From a bacterium (lineage in GTDB: Bacteria > Patescibacteriota > Minisyncoccia > 2-02-FULL-40-12 > IGHO2-12-FULL-4), in assembly GCA_030647955.1 (NCBI GenBank), contig JAUSIQ010000003.1, positions 2,111-66,110 of the forward strand: a stretch of DNA of 64,000 bases, written 5' to 3'. Position numbers and translations under genes: made by a program. The stretch's first letter is position 1; the number at the start of each line of letters is the position of its first letter. Under the pieces are notes generated by a model. It was given only the letters and a program-made list of their open reading frames with translations, made no database searches and was not told the DNA's origin. Below are positions 44,847-55,891 of the stretch, in pieces.

Positions 44847-45701
44847 TTACTTTTTAGCCGTCAGAGACTTTTTCTCTTGGGCCATGCGGTCTAAAATACT
44901 TCTTAGCATTACATAGGCCTGATCTTCGTGTCGAAAATTAGTCGAAATATTCTCCTTGCCTTTTAGTATACCTTGAATCAAAGTGAGAGCGGTGGTTAGT
45001 TTTTTACTTGCTTCCCCGGAAGAGAAAGGAATGAGTCGAGCTAATTGCAATCCGATTTCTTCTAAAAACTGTCTTTGTACTTGATGAGTGGCTAGTTCTT
45101 CTCTTTTGTTTTCTACAGATAGCTCTAATAAACTTTGATATGTTTTGGTGTCGGCTGCGAGCACTACGCGAGGGATGTGCAGTAGAGGCTCTTTGAAATC
45201 TTCTTGCGCTTCGGATTGAAAGTATTTCACTGTGCTTAATCTGCCTTCCTCGACTTCCTTCTTAATTTTTAATAATTTGCCGGTGAGATATTCTTCGTCT
45301 TCGGTGGAAGCCACATCTATCGCTAAAGCTAAGCGAGAAACGCCATCGTGATCTACTAGCTCAATTACCAGATCTACTCCATTGGCGATATCATCATAGG
45401 TCGATGTTTTTACGGTAAAGGCGTTGTCCCCAAACCAGTTATTTAATTCACTTTGTACGAAGATGAGAGCTTCTAGAATTTTCCCCCTTCGATTTCTTGA
45501 TCTTTCTTGTTGATTAAACTTGCCTTGCCGATCGGCTACATAGGCCTGATCGTGAGCAATCTCTTTAGCTGGATATTTGTCTTCAAATTTGCGGATATCA
45601 ATAGCGGCTTCTTCTGCTTGTAAAACAAAAGCCTCGTAGGCCTTTGTTTCGAGCTCTTCTAGATGAGCCCTTCTTTCCGCTGGCAAAAGTTTTTCACCCA
45701 T
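44847..45701 (-). CDS. Hypothetical protein, possible PD-(D/E)XK-like fold
   Basis: GKILE, YDDIANGVDLVIE, LAIDV; start taken at MGEKLL because the upstream in-frame segment lies inside a repeat. Confidence 0.6.
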   Translation of the reverse strand: MGEKLLPAERRAHLEELETKAYEAFVLQAEEAAIDIRKFEDKYPAKEIAHDQAYVADRQGKFNQQERSRNRRGKILEALIFVQSELNNWFGDNAFTVKTSTYDDIANGVDLVIELVDHDGVSRLALAIDVASTEDEEYLTGKLLKIKKEVEEGRLSTVKYFQSEAQEDFKEPLLHIPRVVLAADTKTYQSLLELSVENKREELATHQVQRQFLEEIGLQLARLIPFSSGEASKKLTTALTLIQGILKGKENISTNFRHEDQAYVMLRSILDRMAQEKKSLTAKK

Positions 45702-45710
45702 ATTAAGTGT

Positions 45711-45888
45711 TAAAAACCTTTGTATTTGTCCCAAGTCTAAGGCAAAAGATGAGTATTGAGCGAGACGTATATGAATACGGCGAGCTCAAACGGAATCTTT
45801 TAACGCAGGAATTGGGCAAACCTGAAAGGCTTAAATTCCGTAGAGCCCTATATCTTCGGGCTCCGGAATTTAAGTGCAGAGGTTTTTA
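45711..45888 (+). repeat. Multi-stem structured repeat element, copy 2 of 3
   Basis: Closing stem TAAAAACCTTTGTA/TGCAGAGGTTTTTA; 70-bp core identical to copy 1; CCT-GAA-AGG hairpin. Confidence 0.9.
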
Positions 45889-46068
45889 TTATTTGGTAAG
45901 AGTTTTGATGCAAGAGGTGCAAATGCGTAGGCGAGTACCGTCAATCATGGCCCACTGGAGATTGGGACTCTTTTTATAGCGATTTACTGGATTATAATTA
46001 CCACGCAATAGTTTGCGCTTGTTTGCCATCATCGATTTTTTGCCGCATTTGGGACAACGGTTGGCCAT
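45889..46068 (-). CDS. rpmB: 50S ribosomal protein bL28 (not in the ORF track, 59 aa)
   Basis: Manual translation MANRCPKCGKKSMMANKRKLLRGNYNPVNRYKKSPNLQWAMIDGTRLRICTSCIKTLTK. Confidence 0.85.
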   Translation of the reverse strand: MANRCPKCGKKSMMANKRKLLRGNYNPVNRYKKSPNLQWAMIDGTRLRICTSCIKTLTK

Positions 46069-46183
46069 AATAGGAGATTATCGTATAGTATTGGGTACTT
46101 TATCAGATCCTCCAATTTTTTCAAGCCCCCTTTGCCAAGCTCATTATTCATAAAGAACTGAATGTGATAGGATAAAAATAATT

Positions 46184-46792
46184 ATGGAAAGTTTTATTTT
46201 TATCATTTTTCAGGTTTTAGTGGTGCTTTTTTCGATTGTTTTGCACGAAGTCTCCCACGGAGTGATGGCGAATAGTTTAGGAGATCCTACCGCGAAGGTG
46301 GCTGGCCGCTTAACTCTCAATCCCATTAAGCATCTCGATTTCTTTGGCTCTATAATTTTACCCTTTGTTTTGTATACGATCAGCCAGGGGACTTTTGTGT
46401 TCGGCTATGCCAAGCCCGTTCCGTACAACCCCTTAAACTTAAGAGATCAGCGCTATGGTCCAGCCAAAGTGGCGATGGCTGGCCCATTAACTAATTTGGC
46501 GATCGCGCTTTTGATGGGAATGGTCTTGCGTTTTTTGCCGGACGGAATGGGCAACGCCAATACCCATGCGCTTTTGGGCTACGCCGTTTTAATCAATTTG
46601 GTCTTGGCTGTTTTTAACCTCATGCCCGTCCCGCCTTTGGACGGTCATTGGTTGGCGCTTACTTTTGCTCCGCGCTTGGCCTACTTCTTTCAGCGTTTCG
46701 GGATGATTTTATTCTTTGTCTTAATTTTGTTTGTTTTTCCTTTGTTTTCTCCTCTTATCCTTCGACTTTTCGAACTGATTATCGGCTCCTAA
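46184..46792 (+). CDS. Site-2 protease (M50)
   Basis: LHEVSHG, GRLTLNP, AGPLTN, FNLMPVPPLDG. Confidence 0.93.
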   Translation: MESFIFIIFQVLVVLFSIVLHEVSHGVMANSLGDPTAKVAGRLTLNPIKHLDFFGSIILPFVLYTISQGTFVFGYAKPVPYNPLNLRDQRYGPAKVAMAGPLTNLAIALLMGMVLRFLPDGMGNANTHALLGYAVLINLVLAVFNLMPVPPLDGHWLALTFAPRLAYFFQRFGMILFFVLILFVFPLFSPLILRLFELIIGS

Positions 46793-46920
46793 ACTATTGG
46801 CTTGTAAATTAAACCTTTTTTATAGGGTTGACTTCACAAAGTTTTTTTGTTACCCTTCTTTTAATGCATACCCTTTAGAGGGTTTTTGTATTCAAATCGT
46901 TTTAAAATAGCGAGGACGCT

Positions 46921-47334
46921 ATGCCGACATTTAACCAACTATTAAAGAAACCCCGCAAGAAGCTTAAGGCGAAGACTAAGTCGCCGGCTTTGGCGCACAG
47001 TTTTAACACGGTTTTGAATCGTCCGGTTTTCCATGATTCTCCTTTTAAGCGTGGTGTGGCCTTGAGTGTTAAGACCACCACTCCCAAGAAGCCGAACTCT
47101 GCTTTAAGAAAAATCGCCCGCTTGCGTCTTACTAATGGTATGGAAGTGACCGCTTACATTCCCGGAGTAGGACACAATCTCCAAGAGCACTCTGTTGTCA
47201 TGATTCGTGGTGGAAGAGTTAAGGATTTGCCTGGTATTCGTTACCACATTGTCCGTGGCGTTTTAGACTCGTCCGGAGTAGAGGGTCGCAAACAAGAGAG
47301 AAGTAAATACGGAGCCAAACGGCCGAAAAAATAA
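46921..47334 (+). CDS. rpsL: 30S protein uS12
   Basis: [20 protein letters not shown]. Confidence 0.98.
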   Translation: MPTFNQLLKKPRKKLKAKTKSPALAHSFNTVLNRPVFHDSPFKRGVALSVKTTTPKKPNSALRKIARLRLTNGMEVTAYIPGVGHNLQEHSVVMIRGGRVKDLPGIRYHIVRGVLDSSGVEGRKQERSKYGAKRPKK

Positions 47335-47424
47335 GTTCATCAAGTCCATCAGGTTATAAAGTTCATAAAGTGGAAAACAAATTATAGAACTTTAAAAACT
47401 TGATAACTTTACAAACTTTTAACT
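47333..47424. repeat. ~9-nt-periodic palindrome (copy C)
   Basis: 92 bp identical to 47905-47996. Confidence 0.92.
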
Positions 47425-47430
47425 ATAGTC

Positions 47431-47898
47431 ATGCGCAGACCAATAAAGAAAAAGAATTTCCAAGAGCCAGATACCAAATACTCCAGCATGCTGGTGGCTC
47501 GTTTGATTAACCAAGTCATGCAAGCGGGAAGAAAGACTGTGGCGCGTCGCTTGGTTTACGGAGCAATGGAAGTGGCTGCAGAAAAATTAAAGAAACCGGC
47601 TTTGGAAGTCGTTGAAACTGCTTTAGAAAATGCCGGACCACAACTAGAACTGCGCTCTCGCCGTATCGGTGGAGCGAATTATCAGGTTCCTTACGAAGTA
47701 CGGGGAGATCGCCGGGTCACCTTGGCTTTGCGTTGGATCGTTGGGTCTGCTCAAAATCAGAAGGGGAAGGGTATGCAGGAAAAGTTAGCCGAAGAACTCA
47801 TCAATGCTGTTAATAATACTGGTAACGCGGTTAAAAAGAAGCAAGACATGCATCGCATGGCGGAAGCCAATAAGGCTTTTGCTCACTTTGCCTGGTAA
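47431..47898 (+). CDS. rpsG: 30S protein uS7
   Basis: [25 protein letters not shown]. Confidence 0.98.
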   Translation: MRRPIKKKNFQEPDTKYSSMLVARLINQVMQAGRKTVARRLVYGAMEVAAEKLKKPALEVVETALENAGPQLELRSRRIGGANYQVPYEVRGDRRVTLALRWIVGSAQNQKGKGMQEKLAEELINAVNNTGNAVKKKQDMHRMAEANKAFAHFAW

Positions 47899-47904
47899 AT
47901 AACC

Positions 47905-47996
47905 AAGTTCATCAAGTCCATCAGGTTATAAAGTTCATAAAGTGGAAAACAAATTATAGAACTTTAAAAACTTGATAACTTTACAAACTTTTAACT
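47905..47996. repeat. ~9-nt-periodic palindrome (copy D)
   Basis: 92 bp identical to 47333-47424. Confidence 0.92.
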
Positions 47997-48002
47997 TCTG
48001 CA

Positions 48003-50105
48003 GTGAGGGAATATCCTATCGATAAAACTAGAAATATTGGCATCATTGCCCACATCGACGCCGGAAAGACAACTGTTTCCGAGCGCGTTTTGTTTTATAC
48101 GGGAGTCTCGCACAAAATTGGAGAGGTGCACGAAGGAGATACGGTTATGGATTGGATGGAGCAGGAGAGAGAGCGTGGTATCACTATTACTTCCGCGGCT
48201 ATCACCGCTTTTTGGACTCCCCAGGGTCTCGCCAAAGATAAGAAGAATGAATACAAGTTCAACTTAATTGACACTCCCGGACACATTGATTTTACAGTAG
48301 AGGTAAAGCGCTCTTTGCGCGTCTTGGATGGAGCGGTAGTGGTTTTTGATGGTGTAGCCGGAGTAGAGCCTCAATCTGAAACTAATTGGCGCTATGCCGA
48401 TGATTTCAAAGTTCCGCGTATTTGCTTTATTAACAAGCTCGATCGTCTCGGAGCTTCTTTTGAGCGCTCCTATCAGTCTATTTTGGAGCGATTAACTCCG
48501 TATGCGGTGCGTATGCAAATTCCGGATGGAGAAGAGGATCAATTTAAAGGCATTGTCGATCTTCTAGTGATGAAATATTACATCTTTGAGGGGGCGCATG
48601 GCGAGCTGGTTGTTGAAAAGCCAATTCCCGACCACCTTAAGGAGCGTGCCGATGAATTACACGGAGTTTTGATTGAAAAAATCGTAGAACAGGATGAGCA
48701 GGCTATGACCGAATATTTGGAAGGAAAAGAGATCTCCTTGGAAAGATTAAGGCAGATTGTTCGTAAGGCGACGATTGAAAACAAAATCGTCCCGGTTTTT
48801 ACGGGATCAGCCTTAAAGAACAGGGGCGTGCAATTTATGTTGGATGCCGTAGTTTACTACTTGCCATCCCCAGCAGATTTGCCACCAGTTAAAGGCCTAG
48901 ACGCTAGTGGAAAGGAAACTGAGCGTGAATTCAAGGACGAGGTTCCGTTCTCGGCTTTGGCTTTCAAAGTTGCCACTGATCCATACGTTGGCCAGCTAAC
49001 TTTCTTTCGGGTTTATTCCGGAACTTTAACCAGTGGGTCTTATGTTTATAATTCCACCAATGGTCAACAGGAAAGAATTAGTCGTATTATCTTGATGCAC
49101 GCTAACGAGCGTCAGGAAATTAAAGAGGTGCTGGCCGGAGATATCGCCGCTACGGTGGGATTGAAAGCCACTAGAACCGGAGATACCTTAACCGACCAGG
49201 AGAATACAATCATTTTAGAGAACATTGTTTTCCCGGAACCGGTTATTTCCCTGCGTATTGAACCGAAGACCAAAGCCGATCAAGAGAAGATGAGCTTATC
49301 CTTAAAAAAACTGTCGGACGAAGATCCCACTTTTCGCATTAAGAGCGATGTAGAAACAGCCGAAACCATTATCTCTGGAATGGGCGAGTTACATTTAGAA
49401 ATTATCGTGGATCGTCTCAAGAGAGAATTCGGGGTGAACGTAAATGTCGGTCGTCCGCAAGTGGCCTACAAGGAAACTATCCGTGAATCTGCTCAAGCCG
49501 AAGGTAAATATGTGCGGCAGTCTGGAGGGCGGGGACAGTATGGTCATGTGTGGATGAAGGTGGAGCCCATGGATCGAGGAGCGGGGTTTGAGTTCGTAAA
49601 CGCTATTAAAGGAGGCGTAGTTCCTAACGAGTATTTACCGGCCATTCAAAAAGGAGTCAGAGAGGTTTTGGACAAAGGAGTGTTGGCTGGTTTTCCGATG
49701 GTGGATCTTAAAGCGACGGCCTACGACGGTTCTTACCACGAAGTGGACTCTTCGGAAATTGCTTTCAAGATCGCGGCTGCTACTGCTTTTCAGGAGGGTG
49801 TTAAAAGAGCTAAGCCGGTGTTATTGGAACCGATTATGAAAGTAGAGATTATTATCCCGGATAAGTTTATGGGTGAGGTTACTGGCGATGTCAGCTCGCG
49901 CCGGGGAAGAATTGAGCAAATGAATGATCGGGCGGTGTTGAGTTTGAAAGTAATCGATGCTAAAGTGCCCTTATCGGAAATGTTTGGCTATGCCACTTCC
50001 ATTCGTTCTTTGACCGAGGGACGTGGCACCTTCACGATGGAGTTTAGTCATTACGAAGAAGTGCCGAATAATATCGCCCAGTTAATTATAGAGGGTAAAA
50101 AGTAA
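48003..50105 (+). CDS. fusA: Elongation factor G
   Basis: [28 protein letters not shown]. Confidence 0.98.
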   Translation: MREYPIDKTRNIGIIAHIDAGKTTVSERVLFYTGVSHKIGEVHEGDTVMDWMEQERERGITITSAAITAFWTPQGLAKDKKNEYKFNLIDTPGHIDFTVEVKRSLRVLDGAVVVFDGVAGVEPQSETNWRYADDFKVPRICFINKLDRLGASFERSYQSILERLTPYAVRMQIPDGEEDQFKGIVDLLVMKYYIFEGAHGELVVEKPIPDHLKERADELHGVLIEKIVEQDEQAMTEYLEGKEISLERLRQIVRKATIENKIVPVFTGSALKNRGVQFMLDAVVYYLPSPADLPPVKGLDASGKETEREFKDEVPFSALAFKVATDPYVGQLTFFRVYSGTLTSGSYVYNSTNGQQERISRIILMHANERQEIKEVLAGDIAATVGLKATRTGDTLTDQENTIILENIVFPEPVISLRIEPKTKADQEKMSLSLKKLSDEDPTFRIKSDVETAETIISGMGELHLEIIVDRLKREFGVNVNVGRPQVAYKETIRESAQAEGKYVRQSGGRGQYGHVWMKVEPMDRGAGFEFVNAIKGGVVPNEYLPAIQKGVREVLDKGVLAGFPMVDLKATAYDGSYHEVDSSEIAFKIAAATAFQEGVKRAKPVLLEPIMKVEIIIPDKFMGEVTGDVSSRRGRIEQMNDRAVLSLKVIDAKVPLSEMFGYATSIRSLTEGRGTFTMEFSHYEEVPNNIAQLIIEGKK

Positions 50106-50114
50106 ATTTAGGAT

Positions 50115-50429
50115 ATGAATCTTAAAGATGTTAAAAAATTAGTGAAGACCCTGGGACATGTTGTAGTCGTAGAAGAGGATGGTTCGGGATTGGTAATCAT
50201 CTCGCTTGATAAATATCTCAGCCTGGTCAATGGACATGAGGAAGCAGTAACCACCGCTGAGGTATATACGGAAGAAAGCGGTGAAGTTGTCCTTCCCGAG
50301 AGCATTCGAGGGTTAAACGAACAAGAGCTAATGCTGATAGAGAAGCTCAATCAAGACATTGCGATTTTAAAAGAAGAAATTAAAAAGAAGGAGTTGGAGG
50401 AGCTGGAAAGTGGCTTAGGAGAAGGCTAA
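50115..50429 (+). CDS. Hypothetical protein between fusA and tuf
   Basis: 104 aa; Phd/YefM-like N-terminal pattern and acidic coiled-coil tail. Confidence 0.65.
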   Translation: MNLKDVKKLVKTLGHVVVVEEDGSGLVIISLDKYLSLVNGHEEAVTTAEVYTEESGEVVLPESIRGLNEQELMLIEKLNQDIAILKEEIKKKELEELESGLGEG

Positions 50430-50439
50430 TGGGTGTTGA

Positions 50440-50543
50440 TCCCGTACGAAATTTAACAGTTTATGAGCAATAATAATCAGAGGCGAGTCGCTACAAATTC
50501 AGCCTAATGTTATAATCATTTATCAGTTAAATTTCGTACGGGA
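50440..50543. mobile_element. MITE-like element with TIRs and 4-bp TSD (TTGA)
   Basis: TTGA|TCCCGTACGAAATTTAAC...GTTAAATTTCGTACGGGA|TTGA. Confidence 0.8.
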
Positions 50544-50571
50544 TTGACTAAGATTCATTATTTGTTACAAT
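50544..50571 (+). promoter_or_regulatory. Putative tuf promoter
   Basis: TTGACT-16 bp-TACAAT with extended TG. Confidence 0.55.
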
Positions 50572-50669
50572 AGTAGAACATTACATAGTTATAGTATTAC
50601 TTAAGATAATAGCCATTAAATAATACGCCCTGAGCTTATTATTTAGTGTCTATTATCCTATCTCAATAA

Positions 50670-51869
50670 ATGGCAGGTAAATTTGATCGAACCAAGCCGC
50701 ACTTAAACGTCGGCACCATTGGCCACGTCGACCATGGAAAGACCTCGCTCACCGCGGCGATTTTGCATACTTTGAACCTCACCGGAGACGGCTATGGGGC
50801 CAGAGTGGAGAATATCAACGACATCGATAATGCTCCGGAAGAGCGTGCTCGCGGTATCACTATCGCTTTGCACCACTCCGAGTATGAAACTCCGAAAAGA
50901 CACTACGCTCACGTAGATGCTCCTGGTCACGCCGACTACATTAAGAACATGATCACTGGTGCTGCTCAGATGGATGCCGCTATTTTAGTGGTAGCCGCTT
51001 CGGATGGTCCGATGCCTCAGACTCGCGAACACATTCTTTTGGCTCGACAGGTGGGAGTACCCCATGTCTTAGTTTTCTTAAACAAGGTTGACCAGGTAGA
51101 TGATCCTGAATTGATCGACTTGGTGGAAGCCGAAGTTCGAGAACTTTTGAACAAGTATCAGTATCCTGGAAACGAGACCCCGATCATTCGTGGTTCCGCC
51201 TTGAAGGCTTTGGAAGCTAAAGATAAGGGAGATGCCGCTTTGCAGCCGGTTTTGGAGCTAATCAAGAAGTTAGATGAATATGTTCCAGACCCAGTTCGCG
51301 AAACCGACAAGCCTTTCTTGATGCCGATTGAAGACATCTTCTCCATTGAAGGCCGTGGCACGGTAGTTACCGGAAGAATTGAGCGCGGTATGATCAAGAT
51401 CAACGAAGAAATTGAAATCGTTGGGTTAACTCCGACTCAAAAGACCGTGGTCACTGGTATTGAAATGTTCAATAAGCAGTTGGATGAGGGTATGGCTGGA
51501 GACAATGCTGGTATTCTGCTTCGTGGAACCAAGAAAGAAGATATTTCTCGCGGCCAAGTTTTGGCCAAGCCGGGCAGTATCACTCCGCACACTGATTTCG
51601 AATCTGAAATTTATGTTTTGACCAAGGAGGAAGGTGGTCGCCACACTCCTTTCTTGAAGGGTTATAAGCCCCAGTTCTATTTCCGCACTACGGATGTAAC
51701 CGGAGAAATTACTTTGCCGGAAGGTGCTGAAATGGTTATGCCTGGAGATACCGTTACCGTTAAAATTAAATTAATTGCTCCGATCGCCATGCAAGAAAAG
51801 CAGCGGTTCGCTATCCGCGAGGGTGGAAAGACCGTAGGTGCCGGAGTAGTTACTAAGGTTACAGCCTAA
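50670..51869 (+). CDS. tuf: Elongation factor Tu
   Basis: [36 protein letters not shown]. Confidence 0.99.
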   Translation: MAGKFDRTKPHLNVGTIGHVDHGKTSLTAAILHTLNLTGDGYGARVENINDIDNAPEERARGITIALHHSEYETPKRHYAHVDAPGHADYIKNMITGAAQMDAAILVVAASDGPMPQTREHILLARQVGVPHVLVFLNKVDQVDDPELIDLVEAEVRELLNKYQYPGNETPIIRGSALKALEAKDKGDAALQPVLELIKKLDEYVPDPVRETDKPFLMPIEDIFSIEGRGTVVTGRIERGMIKINEEIEIVGLTPTQKTVVTGIEMFNKQLDEGMAGDNAGILLRGTKKEDISRGQVLAKPGSITPHTDFESEIYVLTKEEGGRHTPFLKGYKPQFYFRTTDVTGEITLPEGAEMVMPGDTVTVKIKLIAPIAMQEKQRFAIREGGKTVGAGVVTKVTA

Positions 51870-51925
51870 AAGATTGTCCCCCGCTTTCTGGAGAAAGTGG
51901 GGGACTGTTCTAAGCACTTTGCAAA

Positions 51926-52261
51926 ATGTCTACTGAAAAGAAAAAAACTAAAGAAGTAGCTCAACAGCGCATTCGCATTAAGCTTAAGGCGTACGATAAT
52001 AAAATTATCGATCGCTCTGCTAAGCAAATTGTGGATACTATCGAGCGGGTGGGCGGAAAGGTGGTTGGACCGGTGCCGTTACCAACGGAAATTCACAAGT
52101 ACACCGTCAACCGCTCCACTTTCGTCCATAAAGATTCTCGAGAGCAGTTTGAGATGCGTGTACACAAAAGACTGATTGATATCACCAACCCGGCTTCCAA
52201 AATCATCGATGCGTTGATGAATCTGAACTTGCCGGCTGGAGTAGACATCGAAGTGAAGTAA
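51926..52261 (+). CDS. rpsJ: 30S protein uS10
   Basis: [24 protein letters not shown]. Confidence 0.97.
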   Translation: MSTEKKKTKEVAQQRIRIKLKAYDNKIIDRSAKQIVDTIERVGGKVVGPVPLPTEIHKYTVNRSTFVHKDSREQFEMRVHKRLIDITNPASKIIDALMNLNLPAGVDIEVK

Positions 52262-52470
52262 TTATTCTCTTCCTCTTCCCATCTTTCACGGTGGCAAGAG
52301 ATAAGGTAGTAATTCCCACGGGAGTCCTGCCCTAAATCCAATGGTTTTAAAACAGAAGAATTTATTAAAGACTTAGTTAAAAGTTTTTAGGTTTAGCGTA
52401 CTTGGAATTTCCCAGCTAAACCTGGGTTTTTTGTTAACTTTTATAATTATTCGCTTCGCTCATAAACAAA

Positions 52471-53070
52471 GTGATCAAATTTATTCTTGGAAAAAAATTA
52501 GGAATGTCGCAGGTCTTCAGTGAAGACGGCAAAGTCACCCCGGTGACGATAGTTTTGGCTGAGCCGATGCGCGTGACGCAGTTGAAGACAGTGGAAAAAG
52601 ACGGTTACGAAGCCGTTCAATTAGGTTCCGGAAAAGCAAAGAAACTTTCCAAGCCCATGAAGGGACATTTGAAAGAATTGGGTAATCTCCGAGATCTTAT
52701 TGAGTGGCGAGGTAAAGTAGAGATGGTTATCGGTGAAACCATAGATGTCACTAGTTTTAATGTCGGTGATATTGTTAAAGTGAGCGGGATTTCCAAAGGA
52801 AAGGGTTTTCAAGGAGGAGTGAAACGCCATGGATTTAGAGGAATGCCCGCTAGTCACGGACACAAACATGTTACTAGACACGTTGGTTCCATCGGACAGC
52901 GTTTCCCTCAGCACACCTTGAAGGGGTTGAGAATGGCTGGACGCATGGGCGCGGATCGTATTAGTGTCCGAGGATTGAAAGTAGTGAACGTTGATAAAGA
53001 TCAAAACCTGCTTTTGATCAAAGGAGCGGTCCCTGGCAGAAAGGGTACGTTATTGGAAATTCGTGGATAA
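52471..53070 (+). CDS. rplC: 50S protein uL3
   Basis: GKKLGMSQ, SKGKGFQG. Confidence 0.97.
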   Translation: MIKFILGKKLGMSQVFSEDGKVTPVTIVLAEPMRVTQLKTVEKDGYEAVQLGSGKAKKLSKPMKGHLKELGNLRDLIEWRGKVEMVIGETIDVTSFNVGDIVKVSGISKGKGFQGGVKRHGFRGMPASHGHKHVTRHVGSIGQRFPQHTLKGLRMAGRMGADRISVRGLKVVNVDKDQNLLLIKGAVPGRKGTLLEIRG

Positions 53071-53083
53071 TTAACTAACCAAA

Positions 53084-53743
53084 GTGAAAACTGACTTATA
53101 CAATCAGGGAGGAGAAGTGATCGGGGAAGTTCAGTTACCTGAAAAAGTTTTTGGTGTGGCTATCGATCATGACTTATTGCACCAAGCCGCCGTGGCTCAG
53201 CTAGCTAATCGTCGCCAAGTTTTGGCTCACACAAAAGATCGCAGTGAGGTTAGTGGAGGAGGAAAGAAGCCTTGGCGTCAGAAAGGTACGGGTCGTGCTC
53301 GTCACGGTTCGATTCGTTCTCCAATTTGGAAGGGTGGAGGAGTCGCGTTTGGTCCAAGCAAAGATCGTAATTTTTCTGTAAAGATTAATAAGAAAGTTAA
53401 GCGCAAAGCTATTTTTATGGCCTTGTCTGGAAAAGTTAAAGATAAACAGATTTTGGTTTTAGATGGGGTTTCCATCAATGAAGCGAAAACCAAGACATTG
53501 GTTGGGTTGCTTAAAACTATTTCTGGAAAATTAGCCGGTTATCGCAGTTCCAAAACCAAAAAGGACAGTGTTTTGATGGTATCGGCCAAGAGCGATGAGA
53601 AGTTGAATCGGGCCATTAATAATATTGGATTTGCCAAGACTTTAGATGCGAAGAGCTTGAATGTTCTGGACCTGTTATCTTACAAATATATTTTATTGAC
53701 CCAGGATGCCATTCCTGTTATAGAAGAAACTTATAAAATCTAA
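53084..53743 (+). CDS. rplD: 50S protein uL4
   Basis: KPWRQKGTGRARHGS. Confidence 0.97.
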   Translation: MKTDLYNQGGEVIGEVQLPEKVFGVAIDHDLLHQAAVAQLANRRQVLAHTKDRSEVSGGGKKPWRQKGTGRARHGSIRSPIWKGGGVAFGPSKDRNFSVKINKKVKRKAIFMALSGKVKDKQILVLDGVSINEAKTKTLVGLLKTISGKLAGYRSSKTKKDSVLMVSAKSDEKLNRAINNIGFAKTLDAKSLNVLDLLSYKYILLTQDAIPVIEETYKI

Positions 53744-53745
53744 CC

Positions 53746-54141
53746 ATGGGTATTAGGAATATTTTTAAAAAACGAGATGAAGCCAGTCAGCCTGTCACGG
53801 AAAAAGAAACCAAAAAAGAGACCAAGGCGACGGAGGCTACCATCCCCGATTTAAAAGGGAACGATTTTTCATACCGCAATATTATTAGTCCGTATTTAAC
53901 CGAAAAGACCACAATTTTGAATGCCGATGGTCAGTATGCTTTTAAAGTTTTTCCCAAAGCGAACAAGATTGAAATAAAAAAGGCGATTGAGCGGCTTTAC
54001 AGTGTGCATGTCGAGAAAATTCGCATCATGGTGGTTCCGAGCAAGGCGCGCCGCTTGGGAAAATATGAAGGAGAAAAGACTGGTTTTAAAAAGGCGATTG
54101 TGCGATTAAGAAAAGGAGAAAAAATTGAGGTGGCTCACTAA
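53746..54141 (+). CDS. rplW: 50S protein uL23 (N-terminal extension)
   Basis: PYLTEK, ANKIEIKKAIE, KKAIVRL. Confidence 0.93.
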   Translation: MGIRNIFKKRDEASQPVTEKETKKETKATEATIPDLKGNDFSYRNIISPYLTEKTTILNADGQYAFKVFPKANKIEIKKAIERLYSVHVEKIRIMVVPSKARRLGKYEGEKTGFKKAIVRLRKGEKIEVAH

Positions 54142-54152
54142 AGCCCAGGTTT

Positions 54153-54980
54153 ATGTCTAAATTATACAAACCCACAACTGCATCACGAAGACACATGACG
54201 GGATACGACTTCTCGAATTTGTCTAAGGTTAAACCGTTGAAATCGAAAACGAAAGGTTTTCGTCGTTCGGTTGGCCGTGGTAATACGGGATTGATCACCG
54301 TGAGACACAAAGGCGGTGGCGTAAAAAGACTTTTTCGAGAGATTGATTTTCATCAGACGAAATTAAACATACCTGGAAAAGTTTTCTCTTTAGAGTATGA
54401 TCCTAATCGCACGGCGCGTATTGCCCGTATTCATTATGCCGACGGCGCCCAGGCTTATATTTTAGCTCCGGAAGGATTATCCGTGGGAGATACCATTGTG
54501 ATGAGCGATAAGGTGCCATTGAAGCCGGCTAATCGCGCTAAGTTAAAAAATATTCCTCAAGGTACAGAAGTTTACAATATCGAACTTTTTCCTGGTAAAG
54601 GCGGAGAAGTAGTTCGTTCGGCGGGATCGAAAGCAGTGGTCATGTCTAAAGATGCCGGCTATGTCCAAGTGCAAATGCCTTCTTCTGAATTACGAAAGTT
54701 TCCGGAAGATGCCATGGCTTCCATTGGACGACTCTCTAACCAAGAGCACAGCTCTATCGTCATAGGTAAGGCTGGTCGTTCACGTCATCTTGGTATCAGG
54801 CCGACGGTTCGTGGATCGGTCATGAACCCTGTGGATCACCCACACGGTGGAGGAGAAGGAAAGCAGGGCATTGGCCTGCCTTATCCGAAAACCCCGTGGG
54901 GCAAGCACGCTTTGGGAGTTAAGACTAGAAACAAGAAAAAGCGTTCTGCCAAGTTTATTGTTCGTCGCCGCAAGAAATAA
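54153..54980 (+). CDS. rplB: 50S protein uL2
   Basis: [21 protein letters not shown]. Confidence 0.98.
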   Translation: MSKLYKPTTASRRHMTGYDFSNLSKVKPLKSKTKGFRRSVGRGNTGLITVRHKGGGVKRLFREIDFHQTKLNIPGKVFSLEYDPNRTARIARIHYADGAQAYILAPEGLSVGDTIVMSDKVPLKPANRAKLKNIPQGTEVYNIELFPGKGGEVVRSAGSKAVVMSKDAGYVQVQMPSSELRKFPEDAMASIGRLSNQEHSSIVIGKAGRSRHLGIRPTVRGSVMNPVDHPHGGGEGKQGIGLPYPKTPWGKHALGVKTRNKKKRSAKFIVRRRKK

Positions 54981-54997
54981 GATTTTCATTTAACCAT

Positions 54998-55336
54998 ATG
55001 TCTAGAAGTGTCAAAAAAGGTGTATATGTAGACGAGAGAGTGCTCAAGAAATTGAGCAAGGTTCGTGCGGGAGATAAGACTATTATTAAAACCTGGGCGC
55101 GGGCATCGACGATTACCCCAGAGATGATCGGTTTTACTTTTGGCGTACACAACGGTAAAAATCATATCCCAGTTTTTATTACGGAAGACATGGTTGGACA
55201 TAAGTTAGGTGAATTTTCTCCTACACGTAAATTTACTCGTCACGGAGGAAGAATGCAGAAAGAAATTGAGGCGGCTGCCAAGCAGAAAGAAATTGATTCC
55301 GCCAAAGCGGCTAAGGTTGAGCCAGAGAAGAAATAG
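54998..55336 (+). CDS. rpsS: 30S protein uS19
   Basis: [22 protein letters not shown]. Confidence 0.97.
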   Translation: MSRSVKKGVYVDERVLKKLSKVRAGDKTIIKTWARASTITPEMIGFTFGVHNGKNHIPVFITEDMVGHKLGEFSPTRKFTRHGGRMQKEIEAAAKQKEIDSAKAAKVEPEKK

Positions 55337-55350
55337 TTTAAATTTCCATC

Positions 55351-55878
55351 ATGAAAATTACTGCCCAATTAAATAATCTCCGCATTTCGCCTCGCAAGGT
55401 GCGATTGGTGGCTGGATTAATCAAGGGCAAGGATGCGATGGTAGCCAGGCAGCAATTGAATTTTTTGACTAAGAGATCTTCTGGTCCAATGGCTAAGCTA
55501 TTAGAGTCGGCTTTGCAAAACGCCGAGCATAACTTTGGATTGTTGAAAGAAAATCTTTTCATTAAAGATGTGGTGGTGAATGAAGGTATGAAGTTGAAAA
55601 GATTTATGCCTAGAGCGATGGGAAAAGCCGGATCAATCCAGAAGAAAACTTCTCGCATTACTGTAGTCTTGGAAGAAAAAGTTCCGGGTTTGAAAGCGAA
55701 CAAAAATGATGCCGCCAAACACAAGCACGAAGCTGGTGAGCACGCCGAAGAGGGACATAAGCACGATAAGAGTAAAGTTAAGCCTGAATCTGAAGTAAAA
55801 TCTGATATTAATAAAAAAGGTGTTCTTGGCGACGTTAAAAACGCCGGCCGGAGACTATTTAGAAGAAAAAGCGTTTAG
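55351..55878 (+). CDS. rplV: 50S protein uL22 (C-terminal extension)
   Basis: RISPRKVRLVA, KRFMPRAMG. Confidence 0.96.
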   Translation: MKITAQLNNLRISPRKVRLVAGLIKGKDAMVARQQLNFLTKRSSGPMAKLLESALQNAEHNFGLLKENLFIKDVVVNEGMKLKRFMPRAMGKAGSIQKKTSRITVVLEEKVPGLKANKNDAAKHKHEAGEHAEEGHKHDKSKVKPESEVKSDINKKGVLGDVKNAGRRLFRRKSV

Positions 55879-55891
55879 TATTTAATATTGT

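Noticed and set aside
45707-45979. 90-aa plus-strand ORF
   Set aside because: It runs through the structured repeat and antisense to the real rpmB (45889-46068)
51876-51905. Terminator after tuf
   Set aside because: Strong hairpin but no T-tract; more likely an mRNA-stabilising stem
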